Below, piece by piece: positions 57,368-64,000 of a DNA stretch of 64,000 nucleotides. The stretch covers positions 136 through 64,135 of the forward strand of contig JAXDBW010000042.1 of NCBI GenBank assembly GCA_034678405.1, given 5' to 3'. Position numbers and translations under genes: made by a program. The notes beneath the pieces are model-generated. The model worked only from the letters and a program-made list of their open reading frames with translations, made no database searches and was not told where the DNA came from. The number at the start of each line of letters is the position of its first letter. Within the stretch, counting starts at the first letter, position 1. This stretch comes from Patescibacteria group bacterium (lineage in GTDB: Bacteria; Patescibacteriota; Patescibacteriia; UBA10025; JAHIVO01).

Positions 57368-60300
57368 TTATTGTCCCTGCCTGACGATTTCCTTTAATCC
57401 CGTAATTCTATACTTGCCGCGTTTTTTTTCACCCCCCGCCGCATCGACATATGCGTACGGAGCACGGCCGCCTTTGGACTCGAGCATCTCTGACGTGTCA
57501 ATCAGGGTATAGCCCTCGGGTATCGCGTCCGCTTCTTTGATAAAGATGCGCATTCCCATCTGCTCTGCCTTTTTAACTGCGTGCGTTAACATCACTAAAT
57601 CAACGGCGCCACTGGCCGTGCTAGCATATTTCGTTTCGAGAAACAAAGCCGGCTCTCCGCCGGGTAACGACAACATACGGGTAATGCGACGTCCTATTGC
57701 ATTGCCTTTCTCATTTCTGACGATGGTCGCCTTGGTATTCGGTTCACTGATATATGCCATCAGTGCTTCATTATATCCCCCACTATTGTAGTCCTGACAG
57801 GATTTTACCGGATCTGAACCTATTTTAAAACAAGTTTCCAAATCAGAACTGTCCTCCGCAACCAGATTCTGTGCCGCCTGATCACCCGTGCCCAGTTCCT
57901 GGAGTGTTTTTTCAATTGTAATAAAGACGCTTTCCGCGGCCGGAAACCTTTCTTTCAGGCTGCGTATAAATTTACTTAACTTTTGGCTGCGCTTGCCTTC
58001 CTTGCCCTCCAGTAAATATCCCTGTGCGATTTCTTCGGCTTTTAAAAGAGATAAGCGCACCATGTCACGTTCAGCCGAAAGTTGATCTTGGAATCTTTTC
58101 AATTCATCAATTTTGATATTAATTTCTTCACGTTCAGCGCCCTCAGCTCTACTTTTCTGCTTTCCTAAAGCACTTAACTCCTGGCCTATTTTCTTTATTT
58201 CTTCTTTGATTTCTGCGGTTATGGTTTCGGGATCTCCGGCGGCTAAGGCTTCGCTTCCAAGTTCTTGGATATTAGCCTGCAAAATTGATTTAATGGCAAT
58301 CGCAACGTCGGTACTGGATGTTTCGAGTGAGGCCGCCAAATCAGTTTTTTGATCCTGTGACCACGTATCAAATTGACTGTCTGTTAATGCCTCGGGCACA
58401 TGTCCTTCCATCTTAATATCTTCCAGAAGTCTATTCTTTTCAAACCGCCACTCGTGGTATGTACCCAAACCGGCTTGTTGGAAGGCTTCTTTCATCAGGG
58501 ACATAATTTCAGGATTATCGCGGTGTTTGGTTATATACAGCAGGATAGGCGAACCTCCTCCAAATGATTCAATGGCCTTTTGCTGTTCTGATGGGCTTAG
58601 ATCTGGTGCAGTAAGCTGATTACTGATTTCTACACCCAGTTGTTCGCGAAGCTGCGCCCAAGTTTCCGGCAATGTGGACTCGGTCGATTCCTGTTTCATT
58701 CTCTTCAATAGTGCAAAGCTATACGCGTCTTCCAAAAGCCTCTCTTCATCGCTTTCAGATGGATTCTCAGCTGCAAAAATCTTTTCATAATCATCCTGTA
58801 ATCCCTCACTGTGCAACGTCCCGATTGATTTGTAGAGGCGATATCCTTTGGCCAAAAGGGTTGTTTTTTGTTCAGGTGTTTTGGCGCGCTCTAAACGTTT
58901 GAAAATATTACTAATGGTCTTCGGCGCGAATTGAATACGTTCAGTGTCATTCGCCGCATCCTCCATAATTTTTTCCTGGGATATTTCCGGTACAAACCGT
59001 CTGATCTGATCGGCCATTTCATAGCCAACGAACGGATTAATTTTAATCCACGATCGGATTAATCCAGGCCTGTCCTTTTCATCAATATATCCTATGATTC
59101 TGTCGGCGGAGACTAATGCTTCCGAGGGGTGCTTATCAACCAGCTGCTTCAATTTCATTTTTGCCCAATCCGGGGAAACAGCTTTTGACCATTTATGGAA
59201 ATAATCAAGCGCGGCCTCTTCATCCATCCCTATCACACGTTCTAAAAATAATCTGGCCTCATCCTCATTAAATAAATATGAAAAATTAGGGAAATAATCC
59301 AAAACCTGATGAGGAACTAGATATGATAGTTTTTCCACAAACTTAACGAGATCCTCCTCAGTGCCAAGAACCTGACGGATTTTATCCAACTCCATCAAGG
59401 CATGTTGCGGATTCATTTCCGCCTTCCGCAACAGAAAATCCATCAGTTCATCCTCTGAAACCAGCTCCCGTAAAAAATTACCATCCTCAGTCTGAGATCT
59501 GTACGTTTCTAAAAAACGAAAATCTCTTGCTTCGGCGAGAAGTCCTCGTCCGAATTCCCTTTTTTCTTCGCCGGACATGTGCGACATTTGGTCAAAATGA
59601 CGTCGGCCATATACAATACTTTCTGGATATTCTGTCATCAACCGCTTAATGAGCTGTGGGCGCTCTTCCTCCGGTATGACATCGAGGACGATATGGCTAT
59701 TGCGCAGGGCCTCATACGGGGACTCCCGGATGATGATTCGACTGACCCGTTCTCGCTGCTCCGGTGTAATTAATTTATGCCGCAAAACCTCTTCGCTGAA
59801 CATGGGGCTGAAATTTTTTTCTAGCGTGGTGACACACCTCTCCAATATGTCTTCCATGCCGTGTTCACCAAAATACTCCGCAACGAGTTCCGGCTGATCT
59901 AATAAATCATCAGGGGCGTATTGCGCCATGCGTTTCACGGTTTCCGCCTTCCATCCTTCACCTAAAACTGATGCATACTGATTTAAAGTTTTTTCTGGGT
60001 CACTAAAATGATAATGTATGTTTTCCTCCTGGGTAAGCTTGCTTAAGGCTTGTCTTAGTCTTTCTTTGTCAGCTTCAGTAGTAAACAAGGCGCAGTAATG
60101 AGCCACTACTTCACTGGGGACTAAGGCCCTGTCTATCCGTTGTAAAAACGCATCCATCGCCTGCTCACGAGTAAACACTCCTTCACTTACCAATTGATTT
60201 ATATTTTCAAAAAGCTCGTGATCTGAAACCATTTCTGCACAATGTTTTAGGGTTTCCGGCGTCAATCGTGCCCTGACGGAATCTTTTTTAAATAGATTAT

Positions 60301-61075
60301 CTATAGAATACGGACTTTGTGCCGCCGCGTTTACAACCAGCTCATTCAATTCGTGATCATCAAATAAACTGTCATATTTATCAAGATAAAACAAAAACAG
60401 CCGTGGATCCCTTTCGGCAGCTTTCTGAGCAATATTTCTTATCTCATCATCATGAAAGATACCCCTCAATTCCTTGGAATTCATTAAAAAAGCGTCAGGG
60501 CGTTCCTGGAGAGTGTTTCGAATCAACGAATAAAATGATTCAACATCACCACTTGCCTGATCGCGGGCTGCATCCGTGAAAAAACGTTCAGACAAGCCGC
60601 CACTACCCTGCATTCGACTCAATATTCTCTCCATGAGGCCCGTCGGTATCCCGTACTCAAACGGAAGTGGATGGCTATCTCCTTTTGAACCATGACCACG
60701 ATATTTATACGCATTATGTTCATTTTTTCTCAATTTTCTCAAAGCCCCCAAAAAAGTCTGATACTGCTCCTGTAAATCGGAATCTGACTTCATTCGGTCT
60801 TTTAATTCATCTGCCGACAGATGATATATTTGCTCCGGCGGTTCCGGGATCGGCGTCTTATCAACGTCTTCATCATAGTCCATCATACGCGAAGCTTCAG
60901 CAAATCGAAACTGCTGCTCCAGCTCTTGGGGACCTTTTTGGGTGCCAATTGTCTGGACATCTTCCGATGAGGGAACTGTTTTTTCTGGACTATTCGGACA
61001 ATCCGAAGCATGCTCCCCGATTTCCACCGGATAGCCGCAATGCGGGCATTGTGCTGTTGGTTGTTTTTCAGACAC
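57368..61075 (-). CDS. 1235-aa protein: N-terminal zinc knuckle, helical repeats, coiled coil, C-terminal alpha/beta (PcfJ/GNAT-like) domain
   Basis: CPHCGYPVEIGEHASDCPN leader; C-terminal SCQDY..G...ALMAY...IGRRITR...LFLE; GTG start overlapping the upstream stop. Confidence 0.8.
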   Translation of the reverse strand: MSEKQPTAQCPHCGYPVEIGEHASDCPNSPEKTVPSSEDVQTIGTQKGPQELEQQFRFAEASRMMDYDEDVDKTPIPEPPEQIYHLSADELKDRMKSDSDLQEQYQTFLGALRKLRKNEHNAYKYRGHGSKGDSHPLPFEYGIPTGLMERILSRMQGSGGLSERFFTDAARDQASGDVESFYSLIRNTLQERPDAFLMNSKELRGIFHDDEIRNIAQKAAERDPRLFLFYLDKYDSLFDDHELNELVVNAAAQSPYSIDNLFKKDSVRARLTPETLKHCAEMVSDHELFENINQLVSEGVFTREQAMDAFLQRIDRALVPSEVVAHYCALFTTEADKERLRQALSKLTQEENIHYHFSDPEKTLNQYASVLGEGWKAETVKRMAQYAPDDLLDQPELVAEYFGEHGMEDILERCVTTLEKNFSPMFSEEVLRHKLITPEQRERVSRIIIRESPYEALRNSHIVLDVIPEEERPQLIKRLMTEYPESIVYGRRHFDQMSHMSGEEKREFGRGLLAEARDFRFLETYRSQTEDGNFLRELVSEDELMDFLLRKAEMNPQHALMELDKIRQVLGTEEDLVKFVEKLSYLVPHQVLDYFPNFSYLFNEDEARLFLERVIGMDEEAALDYFHKWSKAVSPDWAKMKLKQLVDKHPSEALVSADRIIGYIDEKDRPGLIRSWIKINPFVGYEMADQIRRFVPEISQEKIMEDAANDTERIQFAPKTISNIFKRLERAKTPEQKTTLLAKGYRLYKSIGTLHSEGLQDDYEKIFAAENPSESDEERLLEDAYSFALLKRMKQESTESTLPETWAQLREQLGVEISNQLTAPDLSPSEQQKAIESFGGGSPILLYITKHRDNPEIMSLMKEAFQQAGLGTYHEWRFEKNRLLEDIKMEGHVPEALTDSQFDTWSQDQKTDLAASLETSSTDVAIAIKSILQANIQELGSEALAAGDPETITAEIKEEIKKIGQELSALGKQKSRAEGAEREEINIKIDELKRFQDQLSAERDMVRLSLLKAEEIAQGYLLEGKEGKRSQKLSKFIRSLKERFPAAESVFITIEKTLQELGTGDQAAQNLVAEDSSDLETCFKIGSDPVKSCQDYNSGGYNEALMAYISEPNTKATIVRNEKGNAIGRRITRMLSLPGGEPALFLETKYASTASGAVDLVMLTHAVKKAEQMGMRIFIKEADAIPEGYTLIDTSEMLESKGGRAPYAYVDAAGGEKKRGKYRITGLKEIVRQGQ

Positions 61076-61523
61076 AGAGCATATCTGCTAACTCTTTTTT
61101 ACGTTCGAATGTCAGCCGAGGTAGCACTTTCCGTACCTCAGCCGTCGCCTCACGCAGTGTCTCGAGCTGCTCCATGCCCCGCAGAGCGATGGCCAGGCGC
61201 TGATCAATGCGCGCTTCCTCGGTGAGGCCGCCCTCAAGCACGACTGCATCATAGCCGTAATGTAATTGCAGTGTACGCACCACCACATCTACGAACCGGG
61301 GATGGTCTGACTGGATCGTCTGCTGCTCGATCGTTATCGCTTTTGAATCACCCTCCCCGGGCAGCATCGCGACGATGCCGTGCTTCCACCAATCATGTAG
61401 CTGCCGTTGCATCCGATACCGCTCGCCGACTGTACCGCCAGAAACAGAAAATATGCCACTTTCTAGTATGATATGCATTGTCCCTGATGGTCTGGTGATG
61501 GTAATTATCCGTTTCATATTCAT
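61068..61523 (-). CDS. Hypothetical protein coupled between the two zinc-knuckle genes
   Basis: 4-nt and 8-nt start/stop overlaps with both neighbours. Confidence 0.65.
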   Translation of the reverse strand: MNMKRIITITRPSGTMHIILESGIFSVSGGTVGERYRMQRQLHDWWKHGIVAMLPGEGDSKAITIEQQTIQSDHPRFVDVVVRTLQLHYGYDAVVLEGGLTEEARIDQRLAIALRGMEQLETLREATAEVRKVLPRLTFERKKELADMLCV

Positions 61524-63148
61524 GATGCTCCGGTAACACTAAAAAGATACTCCTTAATCATATTTGGGCTGTATTCCTTTTCTGAGTACTGTTTTTGCCA
61601 TCGGGCGATTTCCTGGTCGAGAATATCTTCTCCCCACCGCTCAGGATCCTCCAGTTGTCGGCTGACCTGATTTGCGAGAACGGCGAGAGATTCTTTTTCG
61701 CGATCGGATAAGGATTCAGAAAAATCAGTCAGGGATTGTTCTATCCGCTGCCGGGAGGCTTGGACGATCTCTTCGGCAATGGGCGGAAAGATGAGATTGA
61801 AATCAACGTGACTGGCGCGAGTCGCACCCTGCATAAAATGAAGAAACTCTTCTGATATACCCTGCCCACCATTCGCGAGCCATTCCTCGTAAGCTCGCTC
61901 GATTTCCGTCTGTTTCAGCTCCTCTATAGCTGTGCGCACTTGGGGGGGTATCAGCGCCCAGGCACGGTCTCGTTCATCATCGATGACCTGTCGCATATAT
62001 TCCGAACGTGATTGGGACGCAGCACCGACGTCATAATTTGGATCCTTGCGTTTCACCCAATTATCTACCAATGCGAAATCCTCGGGGTATTCACTCTGAA
62101 ACCAGCTCGGGTTGGATAAATAGGCTCCACCAATTTCTGCCCAATACTCAGTGACTTGATTATAGAGCTGGGCTGAGGAATCGGAGTCGTTGATTGCCTG
62201 CACATACTCAGTGATATATCGGTTCTCCCCTTGGAGAAATCGTTTCGTGACCATGGTCAACAGCTCAGCACGTTCGGGTATAGTCATCTGGTTATCCCGT
62301 AACCAGTCATTGGCATGCATAAACTCATGGTTGGCCGTACTCAAAAGTTCATCAATCTGTTCGTGAAGATACAGATCTATGCTGGTTGGTCCTGTGTCTT
62401 TGCCCCGAGCTTGGCCGGCCTTTACCCAGCCCTCTCCGAGATTGTACTGACCGGCCATCGATCGCTCCTCGGCACTAGCATCTGCCCGATAAATAATTGA
62501 GTCAATGTCGCCGCGGATCCAGTGCTCGGGATATGTTTCTTCAAATATCTTCCTAATTGCCTCGGACTCAAATGACGTCCCCTCAAAACCGGTAATCACC
62601 TCGGGTGATGTCGGTATCTGCCCCAATGCCCGACGCTTGAAATTATCTTGGGCCACATTCATAAATAACTGATATTCACTATCACCATATATGTCCCGCA
62701 GATAATCCAGATCGCCCTGAGCTTCGTGCAGCTCCTGTGCTATGTGCTCAAAACTCTCCGTGAAATTCTCCGACTGCTGCCACTGGGTATCGAGTTGTTG
62801 CCAAAACGGCACGGTTTCGGCCGTGTTAGTCGACTGTTGCTGTGATTCCCGCGATACCCGCTCGATGGCCATCCCTTCCTTCAGTGGAGAGAGTAGCGCC
62901 AGGGAAATAAAACCAATCTCAGCCAGATGATTGAGGCTGCGCTTCATACGTTCGATACGGCTGGAAGAGACCCGTTCTGATCGTTCTGCTTCCAGGGTCT
63001 GTAATTGCTCCGTGATATCAATTAGCTCAGGATCCGGTAGTGCCTCCTGATCACCCACCTCTCGATTCGGGCAGCCCACAGCATGCTCGCCCGTTTCTAC
63101 GGGATAGCCACAGTACTGACATTGTGATTGTGGTTGTGCTTCAGGCAT
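61520..63148 (-). CDS. Zinc-knuckle-leader protein with an HExxH zincin domain
   Basis: CQYCGYPVETGEHAVGCPN leader; short hydrophobic segment; NHEFMH...EYWAE. Confidence 0.8.
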   Translation of the reverse strand: MPEAQPQSQCQYCGYPVETGEHAVGCPNREVGDQEALPDPELIDITEQLQTLEAERSERVSSSRIERMKRSLNHLAEIGFISLALLSPLKEGMAIERVSRESQQQSTNTAETVPFWQQLDTQWQQSENFTESFEHIAQELHEAQGDLDYLRDIYGDSEYQLFMNVAQDNFKRRALGQIPTSPEVITGFEGTSFESEAIRKIFEETYPEHWIRGDIDSIIYRADASAEERSMAGQYNLGEGWVKAGQARGKDTGPTSIDLYLHEQIDELLSTANHEFMHANDWLRDNQMTIPERAELLTMVTKRFLQGENRYITEYVQAINDSDSSAQLYNQVTEYWAEIGGAYLSNPSWFQSEYPEDFALVDNWVKRKDPNYDVGAASQSRSEYMRQVIDDERDRAWALIPPQVRTAIEELKQTEIERAYEEWLANGGQGISEEFLHFMQGATRASHVDFNLIFPPIAEEIVQASRQRIEQSLTDFSESLSDREKESLAVLANQVSRQLEDPERWGEDILDQEIARWQKQYSEKEYSPNMIKEYLFSVTGAS

Positions 63149-63177
63149 AGTCCAATACCTTACTACACGACTAAAAT

Positions 63178-64000
63178 TTATTCAACGACCACACCGCTAT
63201 TCCCCAGTAGCCCCCACATCCACGTGAAGTGGTCGACGGAGAGATACCGTTCACCAGAGAGTGGATCAAGCACGATGATGCGCGTCGGTCCGGACGCTGC
63301 GCCGACATACCCAATCACCACGAACGTGTGTTCGCCCATGATAGCGTCAATATGTTTACCATCAGGTGTTTGCCAGTCGATATCCGTACCACTACCGGCT
63401 GTACCCCAGATGATCACCGGATGACCCTGCTGGATTTCACCGATGATATGCCCCAGCTGCCCTCCAGTAAAGGCTCGCGTGGTGCGATAGGCAGCGCCCG
63501 CCTGGGCAATCGGATCCCAGTACACTCCATACCCCGTCGAGGGCTGGCGGCCGTCGATATCACCAACAAATGCTACGTTTGGATCACCCCAGACGCCATC
63601 TGATTTGGGCGTGGGATCAAAACCAATCGCGTCTATGAGTGGTTGCTCATCAACATTTACCCCAAAATACGATAATGCCATTTTCAGGGTGGCTACTTCA
63701 CAGCTCAGCGGATGATCCTGTCGATCGTAGGCGATGTTCAGTTTCGTGACGGATAGCTCAGTCGCAAATGTGATCTGCTGATCAGTATCCGATGGAAACC
63801 CGTCGACACTCTTAATTCCCTTGGCGAGAGTGACCGTATAGGTGCTATTAAATTCAAGAGTGGCTGCGGGAGTAAATATCATAGTGTTTCCATCCCACGA
63901 GATGGTGCCGTCCACGGCTGGTGAAATGCTAAACTTACTTGCGGCTGAATCCGTATTTACCGCCTGATCAAATGCGATGCGGATGGCACTACTCACGCTG
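63178..64000 (-). CDS. Ig-like (Big_5) plus C39-like peptidase, 5' end outside the window
   Basis: IRIAFDQAVN; QDHPLSCEVATL, GEHTFVVIGY and LDP motifs. Confidence 0.85.
   Translation of the reverse strand, partial: SVSSAIRIAFDQAVNTDSAASKFSISPAVDGTISWDGNTMIFTPAATLEFNSTYTVTLAKGIKSVDGFPSDTDQQITFATELSVTKLNIAYDRQDHPLSCEVATLKMALSYFGVNVDEQPLIDAIGFDPTPKSDGVWGDPNVAFVGDIDGRQPSTGYGVYWDPIAQAGAAYRTTRAFTGGQLGHIIGEIQQGHPVIIWGTAGSGTDIDWQTPDGKHIDAIMGEHTFVVIGYVGAASGPTRIIVLDPLSGERYLSVDHFTWMWGLLGNSGVVVE

Noticed and set aside
1-64000. Many long antisense or shifted ORFs (e.g. 17233..18099, 56563..57273, 34412..35110, 7207..7785)
   Set aside because: They overlap well-supported genes and show no motifs; they are shadows of codon bias.
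1-64000. Alternative genetic code (TGA=Gly) or diversity-generating retroelement
   Set aside because: Conserved genes are full length under code 11 and several end at TGA; no reverse transcriptase or TR/VR pair was seen.

Overview
Chromosomal segment of a small-genome bacterium, most likely Patescibacteria/CPR. This is an inference from the CPR-typical stand-alone VirD4/TraG-like ATPase, C39-like peptidases, prepilin-like surface proteins and SD-less core genes; translation is standard code 11. Core content: rarA, a CYTH cyclase, a CofE-like ligase, tRNA-Pro(CGG), a purine interconversion cluster (purA-guaB-add-guaA...purB), truB, tRNA-Gln(CTG), dnaX, cysS, dnaJ, the CIRCE-hrcA-grpE-hsp20-dnaK operon and an AbrB-ABC exporter unit. 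No CRISPR, rRNA, integrase or transposase was seen. Five things stand out. (1) Both tRNAs are accompanied by damaged copies whose D- and T-loops carry precise, TSD-free 30-nt double-hairpin insertions; these conserve structure but not sequence and lie beside a small GIY-YIG nuclease, with related TGTCAT...ATGACA palindromic elements elsewhere. (2) In a coupled three-gene operon, two unrelated large effector-like proteins share an N-terminal CxxCGYPVExGEHAxxCPN zinc-knuckle leader. (3) An array of self-contained promoter-SD-ORF-terminator cassettes includes two ORF-less units and a beta-barrel/lipoprotein pair, contrasting with the SD-less core genes. (4) A tandem array of prepilin-like proteins. 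(5) A zinc-ribbon insertion in CysRS. All assignments were made by eye from motifs; no database searches were run.
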